A stretch of DNA of 64,000 nt from an uncultured Gammaproteobacteria bacterium (GCA_964425075.1 CAYRKM010000001.1:705793-769792); one strand, 5' to 3'. Numbered from the stretch's first letter, positions 40,892 through 51,396 are shown. A program made the numbers and translations. The notes: generated from the sequence alone by a model not told the origin.

Positions 40892-41787
40892 TGAATAAAA
40901 ATAACAAAAAAAGCAAGCAACATTTTGATTATGATGAAGTCTTTATGGGTGTCTTTAAAGATAGACCTAAGGGATTTCATAAAAATATTTATAATCAGAA
41001 ACCAGAACTGAGGCGAGTTGTTGAAATGGTTAAAGTGAAAAAAGGTAAAATCCTAGATATTGGCTGTGGAGGAGGACTAATTACAGAATGTTTGCCTTTT
41101 TATTACCCGAAAGCCAACATCTATGGGTGTGATGTAAGCACTACGGCCATAAAATATGCAAAAGAATACGGAGTTGGAAAAGTAAGTTACAAAGTAATGC
41201 AAAAAAGATTGCCCTACCCATCAAACTATTTTGAAGCAGCAGTTTGTCTTGATGTTATGGAACATATTCCAGACGTAGACTTTTTCTTAAGGGAAGTAAG
41301 GAGGGTTCTAAAGAAAGATGGAGTGTTTTTTGCCGCAATTCCATGTGAAGGGCAACCATTCACTTTTACATGGCTTTTTGAAAAACTTGGATTTTGGCAG
41401 AATTTAACATTTAAACACGTGGGGCATATACATCCAGAATTTACACACAAATATATAGTGGATTTATTTCAGAAGCATGGTTTTACCGTTCTTAGAAAAA
41501 GTTTTAGTGAAAGAATCGTAGTTCAACTGCTTAGATATACGCAATTTATGTTGCCAAAAGAGTTGCTAGAGGTTTTTGTTGGAAAAAAGAAGGCAGAAAA
41601 ATATTATGATAGAAGCGTTTTAAAACAAAAAGAAAATGCAAAAAAAGATCTTATAATGCTTTTGCGAATTATTTGGTTTAAAATCTGTAAGATAACTAAA
41701 TTCATTGATGATTTTGATGCCGAAAAATTGAGAAATATTAGTTTTACGGCATGGAAAATAAATATTCTAGTTAAAAATAAGAAGTAA
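40891..41787 (+). CDS. Class I SAM-dependent methyltransferase
   Basis: ILDIGCGGG, GCDVS, LPYP...F, DVMEHI, RVLKKDG, GHIH motifs. Confidence 0.88.
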   Translation: MNKNNKKSKQHFDYDEVFMGVFKDRPKGFHKNIYNQKPELRRVVEMVKVKKGKILDIGCGGGLITECLPFYYPKANIYGCDVSTTAIKYAKEYGVGKVSYKVMQKRLPYPSNYFEAAVCLDVMEHIPDVDFFLREVRRVLKKDGVFFAAIPCEGQPFTFTWLFEKLGFWQNLTFKHVGHIHPEFTHKYIVDLFQKHGFTVLRKSFSERIVVQLLRYTQFMLPKELLEVFVGKKKAEKYYDRSVLKQKENAKKDLIMLLRIIWFKICKITKFIDDFDAEKLRNISFTAWKINILVKNKK

Positions 41788-41798
41788 AGTAAAATGAT

Positions 41799-44700
41799 AT
41801 GCAGTTTATTAAAAAAAACCACTTTTTCTTTGAGATTGCATTTATTGTTCTTTTAAGTCTTATACCCCTCATCTGGTTCTCTCCACAACATATGATTTTT
41901 GGTAGTGATTCGGGTTATCCATTGGATTATGTTCAGTATTTTATTCAAAGAACCTATACTTGGACATCTGCCCAGAGCTTCGGTGAAGACATGTCGACAT
42001 TTATGGGAGCATTGCCACTCCATGGAATTCAGTTCGTTCTATCCATTCTAGGAATACCGTATTTTGATATCCAAAAAGTAACTTTAGTGTTTTGGTTTGC
42101 TTCGATCGCCTTTGCAATGTATTTCTGTGTAAAGTATTTTTTTAACAAACCTGAGCATTGGCCGATAAGACTAATATCTGTTGTTCTTTACTCTATCAAT
42201 TTTTACATCTTCCTTTTTTGGACAATAGGTTCTCAAACTACTTTAAGCGCTTATGTATTGTTACCGCTCAGTTTTCTTATTGTATTCATGTTTATAGATA
42301 AGAAAATCTCTCCCATACTTGCCGCAGTTTGTTTTAACTTATCCTACTTAGTTTTTAATGCAGGAGGAATAGGTGGAGTACCGCTTTTAGGTCCTGTTGC
42401 CGTAACCATTTTGAGTGGAATAATTTACCAGTCTATATTCACATTCAACAAAGAGTTCTTTGTGAGAGTACTAAGTCTTCTATTTTTTTCATTTATAATC
42501 TTTCTTGGATTAAATGCCTACTTTCTTTTTCCTTTTCTTTCTTCATTTGCTCAGCAGTTTAATACCCTGGTCGTAAAAAGTGGTGGTATTGATGGAGTTA
42601 TCGAATGGACAAATTTTATAAGCAAGTACGATAGTTATGCAAATCTGTTTAGACTACAGGGGGATAATATTTGGTATACGACGGAAAAAACATATGCTAC
42701 GCCGTATCTTAATAACCCAATCCTTATTTTAGCTAGTTTCAGTTTTCCAATACTTGCTTATTTTGTTCTATTTTTTAAATTAGAATATCGGATAAAAAAA
42801 CTTGTTTATTTTTTAATTACCATTTCATTGGTTGGGATTTTTTTATCAGCAGGTTCTCATGATCCATTGGGCTTTTTATATGAGTTAATGCTTAGGTTTA
42901 TCCCTGGATTTGCAGCATTTAGATCAGCTTTCTATAAATTTATGCCGTTGGTTCTTCTGCCCTTTTCAATCCTTATTGCAATGTCAATTTACATGATTTC
43001 ACAAAAAATTAGAATGTCTTATAGATTTTTAATCCCTATTATATTTATTTCATCTATTTTCGTTTATCACTATCCATTTTTTAATGTAGGAAATTTTTTG
43101 ACAAATAACACATTCAGCACAATGATTAAGATTCCAAATTACGTTACCAAATTTGTTGAAGAAAAACCTCCGCCAAATGATCAGTATCGAACTTTGGTTT
43201 TACCTCCATTTGACGATAACTATGCTATTGAGGCATACAAATGGAGTTATTTTAGTGGATATCCAATATTTCCGGGCGTTAGTAATAAGTCATTTATAGA
43301 GAACAATGCTTATTTAAATACTAATGAAGGAATTTTGGTGAACAGGCTTTACAAATTATTACGCAACGAAGAATATGATTTGTTTGTCGAAGAAGCATCA
43401 AGATTAAGTATTAGATATGTCCTTTTAACATCAGATGTCCATACCGAGATTACACCTCGTGAGGATCCTAAATTTTATCAAAGTAAATTGAAAACTAGCT
43501 ATTTTAAACCCGTTTGGAGCAATGGCCCATGGAGTATTTATGAAATTAACAGACCAACTAATTCAAAATTTCATGCATTTAGTGCCCTTACGTCATTTAA
43601 TGGAGAAAATCTTGAGGTACTTCCAATTCTCCCAGCCGGCAATAACAAATTTATTGAAAAAACAAAACAACATCCATCAAGTTCTTTAAATAGTGCAATA
43701 GATTCTATCAAATGTTCGTCTTGTATTTCTGTTGACAATGAGGACTTAGTTGCGGAACCACCAATTATTTTACCCAACTCCATATTTTACTCAATAAAGC
43801 TTTCTCGTGAAAGCAAAATAAATCCAAACCCATCAACAAATCAAGCAATTTACGATTTATTGGGAAGATCTCAAATAAGACTTTCTGAATTAAGAGGATT
43901 ATCTCAAATTCCAGAGATAAACGATGAAAATTGGTTTAAATCTATAGGTTTATTGACATCTAACTGGGCAACGATTTCAAGGATTCAAGATGAAAATACA
44001 GCAAATGATCTTTATCTTTTTAATAAATTAGAGAATTATAGTCATTTTCAGATAACCAATCTTAAGGAAATTTATTTTTACGAACCAGTTGGCAAAAGTA
44101 AAAAAATGGGAGGCTTGATAAGAGAGGCAATTGCAATGATCGAGAAAGTTCAGATAAAAAATGAAAGTAATATACAGAAAACAGAGAGTGGAAATATGTT
44201 TACATATAATATTGATTCTTTAACTCTTTTACAGAAGTCAAATCTAATTGTTGATCATGTTAGCCTTATGAAAAATGAGAATGGCGGTGTGATTTATCCG
44301 AATGCAATTAAATTTGATAATAACGAACCATTAAGTATTTATGCACAAAATGACACTAAGGACATTGTTATTCCAATACCCAAGATAAATCCAATCAAGA
44401 AAATCACTTTGTTTTTTCCGGAGAAAGAAAATAAATTTGTCTTTCCACGAGAAAAAGTTATCAACTCATCCTTTTTCAAGAAGGAAAGCTGCATTACTGG
44501 AGACATTAAAGACTTCAAATGGTATAAGACGTATCGCGTTACTTCAAAAATTGTTGGTAGTCCCGATAACCTGCATGTTTATATTACAAATATTTCAGCG
44601 GAAAAGCCCGATGCTGAAATATTTAAACCCGACAGGATAATTGACATTGATAAAGCAAGCATTAGGTATTTACATGTTGACATTCAAGGACGAGAAAACA

Positions 44701-45179
44701 CAACAGCTGTTCAGATTTATTTTTGTGCTGATCCTGGTAGAAATCCTTTTGGAGCATATCTAGATACAAGGGTAGAGGAAGTTTACACACCAATTATGTA
44801 TATAAAAAGTGATTTAAGAGAGAGCAACAAAATTGTTCCCAAGATTAGTTACAAAACAGTTACTCCAACAGAATACAGAATCAAAATTAATAATGCATCA
44901 ACACCGTATTTTCTTGGATTTTCAGAAAGATATTCTGACTTTTGGGAATTAAAAGATTTATCAACGGGTAAGGTAATAGAGGCTAAACATTTTACTCTTA
45001 ATGGTTATGCGAATGGATGGCTAATAACAAGAAAGGGCACATATGAGCTTGTATTAAAATTCACTCAACAGAGTATATTTAATACTGGATTTAAAATAAG
45101 CATAATATCTATATTATTAGTTGTTTTTTACTTAATAAGTAAGATTAGGAGTAAAAAAAATAAAAATGGAAAAATTTAA
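41799..45179 (+). CDS. Large GT-C-like membrane protein (AftD/DUF3367-like N-terminus) with a long extracytoplasmic region
   Basis: GSDSGYP..., Y.W....FG, N.FRLQG, G.H.P.G..Y, PGF.AFRS..YKF, IP.Y, YR.LVLP motifs; C-terminal FSE.Y...W, NGYANGW and TM. Confidence 0.72.
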   Translation: MQFIKKNHFFFEIAFIVLLSLIPLIWFSPQHMIFGSDSGYPLDYVQYFIQRTYTWTSAQSFGEDMSTFMGALPLHGIQFVLSILGIPYFDIQKVTLVFWFASIAFAMYFCVKYFFNKPEHWPIRLISVVLYSINFYIFLFWTIGSQTTLSAYVLLPLSFLIVFMFIDKKISPILAAVCFNLSYLVFNAGGIGGVPLLGPVAVTILSGIIYQSIFTFNKEFFVRVLSLLFFSFIIFLGLNAYFLFPFLSSFAQQFNTLVVKSGGIDGVIEWTNFISKYDSYANLFRLQGDNIWYTTEKTYATPYLNNPILILASFSFPILAYFVLFFKLEYRIKKLVYFLITISLVGIFLSAGSHDPLGFLYELMLRFIPGFAAFRSAFYKFMPLVLLPFSILIAMSIYMISQKIRMSYRFLIPIIFISSIFVYHYPFFNVGNFLTNNTFSTMIKIPNYVTKFVEEKPPPNDQYRTLVLPPFDDNYAIEAYKWSYFSGYPIFPGVSNKSFIENNAYLNTNEGILVNRLYKLLRNEEYDLFVEEASRLSIRYVLLTSDVHTEITPREDPKFYQSKLKTSYFKPVWSNGPWSIYEINRPTNSKFHAFSALTSFNGENLEVLPILPAGNNKFIEKTKQHPSSSLNSAIDSIKCSSCISVDNEDLVAEPPIILPNSIFYSIKLSRESKINPNPSTNQAIYDLLGRSQIRLSELRGLSQIPEINDENWFKSIGLLTSNWATISRIQDENTANDLYLFNKLENYSHFQITNLKEIYFYEPVGKSKKMGGLIREAIAMIEKVQIKNESNIQKTESGNMFTYNIDSLTLLQKSNLIVDHVSLMKNENGGVIYPNAIKFDNNEPLSIYAQNDTKDIVIPIPKINPIKKITLFFPEKENKFVFPREKVINSSFFKKESCITGDIKDFKWYKTYRVTSKIVGSPDNLHVYITNISAEKPDAEIFKPDRIIDIDKASIRYLHVDIQGRENTTAVQIYFCADPGRNPFGAYLDTRVEEVYTPIMYIKSDLRESNKIVPKISYKTVTPTEYRIKINNASTPYFLGFSERYSDFWELKDLSTGKVIEAKHFTLNGYANGWLITRKGTYELVLKFTQQSIFNTGFKISIISILLVVFYLISKIRSKKNKNGKI

Positions 45180-45564
45180 AAAAAAATATACACAATTTGA
45201 TACCTTTGTCAAAAAGTCAATGCCTCTTTATCTTGTTAACAACAGTCAGAGAATATATATATCATTATTTATAATAATAGGAGGATTTGTAATTGTTAGA
45301 ATTCCTTATTTGGTTTTAATTTTTAAGCCTGAACTTTTATATCCAATTACCATTGCTCTTGCTTTTTTTATACTCAGGGTTAACGAGCGAATAATGCTTT
45401 ACACAATAATTCTGATTTTTGGCTTTGCTCCAATTTTGGTGATATTCAATAATTCTAATTCAGCTGATCGAATCATTAATATAGCCTTTTTTCTTATACT
45501 GCTTCTTTCTATAAAACTAATTAATAATCTCCGGCAAAAAAAATATGAAAAAAGAAAAAGTTAG
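45166..45564 (+). CDS. Small membrane protein, hypothetical
   Basis: About 4 hydrophobic segments; overlaps both neighbours. Confidence 0.65.
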   Translation: MEKFKKKYTQFDTFVKKSMPLYLVNNSQRIYISLFIIIGGFVIVRIPYLVLIFKPELLYPITIALAFFILRVNERIMLYTIILIFGFAPILVIFNNSNSADRIINIAFFLILLLSIKLINNLRQKKYEKRKS

Positions 45565-46159
45565 CATAACAAGAAAAATTAAGCAGAGCGGGATATTCGA
45601 AAGTTGTTATTTTATTTTAAGTTTTTTTATTTTTAAAGTAATTTCAACCGCGAAAATTTTTATTTTGAATTTAAGATTATTCAAAGTAAGTTATCAAGCC
45701 GAAATTGGAAAGGGAGTTGTTTTTTTTCAAAGTATTAAATATTCAATCGAGATTAATGATTATTCACGAATTGGTGTAGGGGTAAGAATAAAGTCTGGAT
45801 TTGGAGGGAAAATAAAAATTGGAAAAAAAGTACTGGTTGATGATTATTCTTTTATTAGTGCACATGAAAGCATTGAGATTGGAGATGAGACAATGATTGC
45901 TGCTAATTGCTATATTGTGGATTTCAACCACGCTCTTCCTCTTTCAAAATCTAAGAAATTATTGTTATCCAAAAGGGGTTATGTATCAAAGCCAGTAAAA
46001 ATAGGCAAATATGTATGGATTGGAGCGAATGTCGTGATTTTGCCTGGTGTTACAATCGGGGACAATGCTGTAATTGGAGCAGGAGCGGTAGTAACAAAGA
46101 GTATTCCTGCTAATACTATTGCGGTCGGAAACCCGGCAAAAGTAATTAGAAAAATTTGA
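45545..46159 (+). CDS. Hexapeptide-repeat (LbH) O-acyltransferase
   Basis: I.IG repeats, D.NH, PVKIG..VWIGANV.ILPGVTIGDNAVIGAGAVVTK..P....VGNPAK motifs. Confidence 0.9.
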   Translation: MKKEKVSITRKIKQSGIFESCYFILSFFIFKVISTAKIFILNLRLFKVSYQAEIGKGVVFFQSIKYSIEINDYSRIGVGVRIKSGFGGKIKIGKKVLVDDYSFISAHESIEIGDETMIAANCYIVDFNHALPLSKSKKLLLSKRGYVSKPVKIGKYVWIGANVVILPGVTIGDNAVIGAGAVVTKSIPANTIAVGNPAKVIRKI

Positions 46160-46162
46160 AAA

Positions 46163-47137
46163 TTATTCTAGTGTCTTTTTAATTGCTTCCTTAAATTTTT
46201 CTGATATTTTTTCTTGTGAATTAATACTTGGATGTATTGCATCTGAAAAATCATTTTCTTCTAGCCAGTTGGTAGTATCGATTAGATAAACATTTGATTC
46301 TTTTGCGACCCTACTAATAACATTGTTATAAATATTTAAATTTTCATTGCTTATGTCCTTTCTTGTAAATAATAATGGTATAAATATTTTCCCCTTAGGG
46401 TTCCATTTCTTAATATCGTTGATAATTTCTAGATAATCTTTCTCAAACGCTTCAACTGAAACATTATTTGCTGCGTCATTTGAGCCAAGAAAAATAACAA
46501 CGATATCGGACTTATATTCCATAAGGTCTTTTTCATATCTTTTTACAGCGTTATCAATTCCTTTGACTTCGGTCAAAGAGGAGCCCAAAATACTTGCATT
46601 ATGAAGCTCGTAATCAAGTTTGTTTGCCAATAAATGTGAGTAATTATTCTTTCCATATATTGTGGAGATGGAATCACCCAATAGGGAGATGGTTTTTTCG
46701 TGTAATTTGAATGGTTGGATTTTTGATGCTTTATTAACATTAATACTATTTAGAGTAATGTCGCATGGTTCATAAAAGTATGTGCAGAAATGGCGAATGG
46801 TTATATGATGCTGCTTGTTTTTATCTACAAGAATTGTGAGTTTTTGCTTGCTAATATTAGGAGAACTAATAATATATTTTTCATCATCAACTAAAATCTC
46901 CACTCCTTGATCAGCTTTAGAGTTTGTCGAAAATTGAAAACTAATATTTTCGGTATTGTTTATTCTAAAGCCAAGTTCCCCTCCTGCATAAAGACTTTTA
47001 TTATTCTTCCATCCCATACCTCGAACTAATTTCGAGCTTTGTGAGATATCCTTTTCCCTGTAGGAATTCATGAAAAAGTTTGTAAGAAAAAAGCCAAGTG
47101 CCGCCAAACAAATAATTAAAAGTAGGGTGTGTTTCAT
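46163..47137 (-). CDS. Membrane-anchored/exported SGNH (GDSL) hydrolase-fold protein
   Basis: N-terminal TM, a beta-rich domain, then GDSIS, N.SI.G, GSND and DAIHP blocks. Confidence 0.85.
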   Translation of the reverse strand: MKHTLLLIICLAALGFFLTNFFMNSYREKDISQSSKLVRGMGWKNNKSLYAGGELGFRINNTENISFQFSTNSKADQGVEILVDDEKYIISSPNISKQKLTILVDKNKQHHITIRHFCTYFYEPCDITLNSINVNKASKIQPFKLHEKTISLLGDSISTIYGKNNYSHLLANKLDYELHNASILGSSLTEVKGIDNAVKRYEKDLMEYKSDIVVIFLGSNDAANNVSVEAFEKDYLEIINDIKKWNPKGKIFIPLLFTRKDISNENLNIYNNVISRVAKESNVYLIDTTNWLEENDFSDAIHPSINSQEKISEKFKEAIKKTLE

Positions 47138-47175
47138 ATGGTAATACTTATTTGAATTGTATTATATTTCCATTT

Positions 47176-47184
47176 TGCTATAAT
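47176..47184 (+). promoter_or_regulatory. Extended -10 promoter
   Basis: TGCTATAAT in the divergent intergenic region; TTGTAT lies 16 nt upstream of the -10. Confidence 0.5.
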
Positions 47185-47218
47185 TACCAATATCAAACCG
47201 AACTCTTTTAGTAAAATA

Positions 47219-48901
47219 ATGCCTTTTAAAACCCTACTTACTTTTCTCAAAATTTTCTCCATTTTCTTCATAGTTATTTTTATATCGACATTTGGTGTAA
47301 TGAATGGTTATTTCGAGCAGGATGAATGGATGGGGATTGCCAATACAATGAAGTTTTTAAATGATCCTTGGTGGAGAGTTTTTATTCCAACCAATCTTCA
47401 CTTTTCTCCCATCGGAATCTCATTTTGGAATAGCATGTATTATATTTTTAAACTTCATGCTGAGTATTACCACCTGGTCCAACTTATTGTTCATGCTTCT
47501 GTCTCCACTTTAGTTTGTATTCTAGCTTTTCGCTTGACTAAAAATAAGACAATTGCAGTTTTAACTGGAATGATGTTTCTACTAAATGGAAGAGCACATC
47601 AGGGATTTACACATCTAGCAATTTTTCATTCAACTGATACTGCAATGTTTTTTATACTTCTCTTTTTCATTTATTTTACAAGTATTAAAGAAAAGGTTGT
47701 AAATATAAAAAAGGCTTGCATTTTGCTTTTGATTTTTCTTGGAGCGGTTTTTACTCGTGAAGAGGGTTTTATTATTCTCCCACTTTTGGCAGTATACGTT
47801 GTACTCTTGGATAAAAATAAAATAAGCAAAAAAAACATAAGACCTGCAGCGCTTTTTGTCATGGGTGTTGCGCTTTTTGTAATATTTAGGTTCTTTACTC
47901 AATCTCTTTATACAGAACCTATACCAGTTCAATATCAAATCACTGGAGTAGGTGCAGAATATAATCTAGCAACAATTCCGATTAAGTTTGTTGTCCAAAA
48001 TCTCATTTGGTCAGAAAGAATCGCCCAATTTTTTGTGGTAAATACGCCTGGCCTATACCCAGACATAGAAGGTTTTTTTACCAGTCATGCGCCAATTATG
48101 GATGCAGCCTTTTTCTACATATTTGGATTACTTTCCTTTTCTTTTGCTGTATGGATTTGGTTGATAAAGCCAAAGAACTTTGCTCCAATATTTACCTTTC
48201 TTCTTACTTGGATTTTTGCAAACGCCTTCATGTTAGCATTTGTTGGTAGACATATATCGGTTGTTGAACCAAGGTATTTATATTATTCTGCATTTCCAGT
48301 CCTTTGCCTTATTTCTATATTTGTATATTTTTTGTATGTGTCTAATTCAAGTATAAAACTCATCAATATGGTCAAGAAAGGTATAGCAGTTTTAATAATT
48401 TTGATTTTACTTGGAACATCTGTGCAGGAGATTAGATTCGCCGTCAATCGTACAGAAAGAGATGGTTTAGTGAAAAGAAAAGTATTTGAGAATTTATTAA
48501 AGGTTCATCCAAAGCTTGCTAAAAACACAATATTTTTTGTTAAGTGCAAAACTGAATGCTACAGAAATTCAGAGCTTGGTATAAGTCCTAAGAATGTATT
48601 ACCTTTTTCCTCAGGACCCGGAATGAATATTCTAATTACCTATGCTTCTCTTCAAAAAGAAGAGAAAGAATGGGGGCCATTCTTTAGTGAGTTTTTTATA
48701 TTTTATACCTTTTCAGAAGACTATAAGAAAATAGGAGATAGAAGTTTTGGTTATTTTGTAACAAAGGATAAATTAGAAGAAGCATTGATAAAGAATAAAT
48801 TACCGAAGGAAACTGTAATAGCATTAGAGCTTAATGAAAGAGATTATACATTTCGCAACATAACGCCTGAATTTATTAAAAGCCTAAATATAAATAGATG
48901 A
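47219..48901 (+). CDS. Polytopic membrane protein, probable GT-C
   Basis: YFEQDEW acidic loop after TM1, F.P, H, F.RE, PRYLY motifs; many TMs and a soluble C-terminus. Confidence 0.68.
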   Translation: MPFKTLLTFLKIFSIFFIVIFISTFGVMNGYFEQDEWMGIANTMKFLNDPWWRVFIPTNLHFSPIGISFWNSMYYIFKLHAEYYHLVQLIVHASVSTLVCILAFRLTKNKTIAVLTGMMFLLNGRAHQGFTHLAIFHSTDTAMFFILLFFIYFTSIKEKVVNIKKACILLLIFLGAVFTREEGFIILPLLAVYVVLLDKNKISKKNIRPAALFVMGVALFVIFRFFTQSLYTEPIPVQYQITGVGAEYNLATIPIKFVVQNLIWSERIAQFFVVNTPGLYPDIEGFFTSHAPIMDAAFFYIFGLLSFSFAVWIWLIKPKNFAPIFTFLLTWIFANAFMLAFVGRHISVVEPRYLYYSAFPVLCLISIFVYFLYVSNSSIKLINMVKKGIAVLIILILLGTSVQEIRFAVNRTERDGLVKRKVFENLLKVHPKLAKNTIFFVKCKTECYRNSELGISPKNVLPFSSGPGMNILITYASLQKEEKEWGPFFSEFFIFYTFSEDYKKIGDRSFGYFVTKDKLEEALIKNKLPKETVIALELNERDYTFRNITPEFIKSLNINR

Positions 48902-49653
48902 ATACAAAGGCTATAATTAAACAATTTACTTCAATTTATAGAAATCAGGGGCCATTGTCTCTTTTTGTTTACCTTTTTAAGGCATTCAATGATGGATATA
49001 TAAACAAATATTTTCGAGGATCCTTTAGTCAAAAAGGAGAAGATTTGGTTATTGAAAAATTTATTGGTACAAAAAAGAGGGGTTTTTATATTGATGTTGG
49101 AGCGCATAATCCAAACGTTTTTAATAATACAAAAAAATTTTATTCGAAAGGCTGGAGGGGGATAAACATTGAACCAAATCCAGTTTTGTTCGAAGCTTTT
49201 ACTAGAGAACGCAAGCGAGATATCAATTTAAACATAGGGATTGGTAGAACAGAGGGTACAGCTTTATTTTACGAATTGGAACCAGACAGTCTTTCAACGT
49301 TTTCGGAAAAAGAAATGAAGGATAAATTGAAATTGGGATATGAATTAAGAAAGAAATATAAAATAAAAGTTACTAGCTTAAAAGAAATAATTTCTAAATA
49401 CTGCAAAACCAGGATAGATTTTTTATCAATTGATACTGAGGGTTTGGATTACGAAGTCCTGCAAAGTAACGATTGGAAAAGATTTAGACCCACATTGGTT
49501 TGCGTAGAGACAGCCGACTTTAATTCAAAAATAACTGGAACGAAAAAATCTAATAAAGAAAATCTTATCAATGCTTTTATGAAGAATAATGGCTATGAGG
49601 AAGTTTTCAGTAATGGCCTAAACTCACTTTATAAAGATTTGAAGAAAAATTAG
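48898..49653 (+). CDS. FkbM-family methyltransferase
   Basis: SQ.GED, GFYIDVGAH.P...NNT..FY..GWRGINIEP, IDFLSIDTEG.D.EVL.S.DW...RP...CVE motifs. Confidence 0.92.
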   Translation: MNTKAIIKQFTSIYRNQGPLSLFVYLFKAFNDGYINKYFRGSFSQKGEDLVIEKFIGTKKRGFYIDVGAHNPNVFNNTKKFYSKGWRGINIEPNPVLFEAFTRERKRDINLNIGIGRTEGTALFYELEPDSLSTFSEKEMKDKLKLGYELRKKYKIKVTSLKEIISKYCKTRIDFLSIDTEGLDYEVLQSNDWKRFRPTLVCVETADFNSKITGTKKSNKENLINAFMKNNGYEEVFSNGLNSLYKDLKKN

Positions 49654-50288
49654 GTTAATTGTTGTCTTTTGGCTTCTTTAGTTTTTTTTGCGACTACATA
49701 CATGCCCATTGAGACGGGCTTAAATCTTCCATACTGTCCATAATCCACAATAGTAAATCCATATTTTTTCAAAAGGTTTGTTAGGCTTTTCTTGCTAAAA
49801 AATCTTATATGTTGGGCTGTAGGATTAAATGAAATTTCAAATCCGATAAGCGCAATTATTAAGTTTTTGATAGTCCCATGATATGGTGTACTAATAAATA
49901 TTTTGCCTCCTCTTTTCAAAACCCTATTCATTTCACTCACAAAGTTAGGAGTGTCGAATATATGCTCTATAACATCTGCAGCTAAGATAAAATCTACACT
50001 TTTATCATTCAAGGGAACTCTGTCGTCTCCTGATACAACATGAAACTTACCTTTTGGAAAATTCTTTTTTGCGCGGTTAATTGCATAAGAAGAGATATCT
50101 GTTCCAATTATCTTATATGGATTTACTTTCAAAAATTCCTCAATATACCTTCCTTCGCCGCAACCGAAATCAAGTATTGTGCTATTCTTTGGTGGAAGAA
50201 CCTCTTTTATTTTTGGCCACTTCCATTTAAAGTCATGTCCCTCCCAATGTCTATCTTCCTTCCACCAATAGTCGTAAAATTTTTTCAT
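49650..50288 (-). CDS. Class I SAM-dependent methyltransferase
   Basis: ILDFGCGEG, DIS, DVIEH.FD, RVLKRGG..FISTPYHG, HIRFF motifs; ATG at 50288 is preceded by a TGnTAGCAT -10 element. Confidence 0.88.
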   Translation of the reverse strand: MKKFYDYWWKEDRHWEGHDFKWKWPKIKEVLPPKNSTILDFGCGEGRYIEEFLKVNPYKIIGTDISSYAINRAKKNFPKGKFHVVSGDDRVPLNDKSVDFILAADVIEHIFDTPNFVSEMNRVLKRGGKIFISTPYHGTIKNLIIALIGFEISFNPTAQHIRFFSKKSLTNLLKKYGFTIVDYGQYGRFKPVSMGMYVVAKKTKEAKRQQLT

Positions 50289-50295
50289 GAATAAT

Positions 50296-50360
50296 ATGCT
50301 ATCACATTTTGGCAAGTAATGCATAGGTATTTTGAATGCTTATGTTTTTTTTGATAAGAT
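50296..50360. promoter_or_regulatory. Divergent leaderless-type promoter pair
   Basis: Minus: TGATAGCAT (50304-50296), 7 nt before ATG 50288. Plus: TTGAAT(50332)-17 nt-TAAGAT(50355-50360) with TG, 7 nt before ATG 50368. Confidence 0.55.
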
Positions 50361-50367
50361 ACGAAAG

Positions 50368-51396
50368 ATGAAAAAAAGAAAAAAAGAAGAACTGCCCTTC
50401 ATATCAATTGTTACAAATACTTACAATCCCGATCCTGTTTTATTTAAAGAGGTATTAAAGGCCTTAGCTATTCAAACTTACCCTAAAAAATTGGTTGAGC
50501 ATTTGGTAATTGATGGTGGTTCTACAAATGAAACTGTAAAACTTGCCCGCTCTTTTAAATGCCGTGTTGTTGTAAGAGCCGATCTTAAAGAACAAGAACA
50601 AATGCGTTCTAGTATGGGTTTTAAAATGGCGAAAGGAAAAATTATCGCTGTAATTCAATCAGATAATATTGTAACTTCAAAAAACTGGTTGTTAAAGATG
50701 GTGCAACCATTTATTGATAATCCAGATGTGTTTTGCGCATTCAGTCAAAAAAATAGTTATAGGAAAAATATGGATGTTCTAACTCGATATTGTGCACTGT
50801 TTGGTGTTAATGATCCAACGATTTATTATCTTAATAAGACGGAAAAATTAAGAATGGATGAGACAAAATATAATAAAGGCACGATTCTTGAGGAGAGGAA
50901 AGATTATTATATTGTGAAGTTTGACAGAAGTAATTTACCACCTCTTGGTGATAATGGCCATATGTTCTTGAAAAGCGCTATCAGAAAAGTTGCCAAGGAT
51001 ACTAAAAACTACATGCACACTGATGCTTTTGGTGCACTTCTTGATATGGGATATGACACTGTTGGAGTTGTGAAAAATTCAATTATTCATGCACAAAAAC
51101 CAAATATAATTAAGACTATAAAAAGAAGAGTAGAGCTAAAAGAAAAGTTTTACGATACTTATAGAGGAAAAAGGAAATATTTGGTTTACGATCCCGGTTC
51201 TGTGCGAGACAGAATAAATCTTGTCAAATATATAATTTTCTCTTTAACTATTGTAATTCCTTTGCTTGAAAGCATAAGAGGATATATGAGAATTCGAGAC
51301 AAAGCTTGGTTTCTGCATCCCCTAATGTGTTTGCTTATGGTTGTAGGATTTGGAGTATCGGAAATAAAGCATTCTTTTAACAAACTTCTTCGTTAA
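50368..51396 (+). CDS. GT2 glycosyltransferase (paralog of 34105..35115)
   Basis: QTYP, IDGGST, QSDN, RY..LFG.NDP..YYL.K, G.NG, HTD.F, AWFLHP motifs. Confidence 0.85.
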   Translation: MKKRKKEELPFISIVTNTYNPDPVLFKEVLKALAIQTYPKKLVEHLVIDGGSTNETVKLARSFKCRVVVRADLKEQEQMRSSMGFKMAKGKIIAVIQSDNIVTSKNWLLKMVQPFIDNPDVFCAFSQKNSYRKNMDVLTRYCALFGVNDPTIYYLNKTEKLRMDETKYNKGTILEERKDYYIVKFDRSNLPPLGDNGHMFLKSAIRKVAKDTKNYMHTDAFGALLDMGYDTVGVVKNSIIHAQKPNIIKTIKRRVELKEKFYDTYRGKRKYLVYDPGSVRDRINLVKYIIFSLTIVIPLLESIRGYMRIRDKAWFLHPLMCLLMVVGFGVSEIKHSFNKLLR

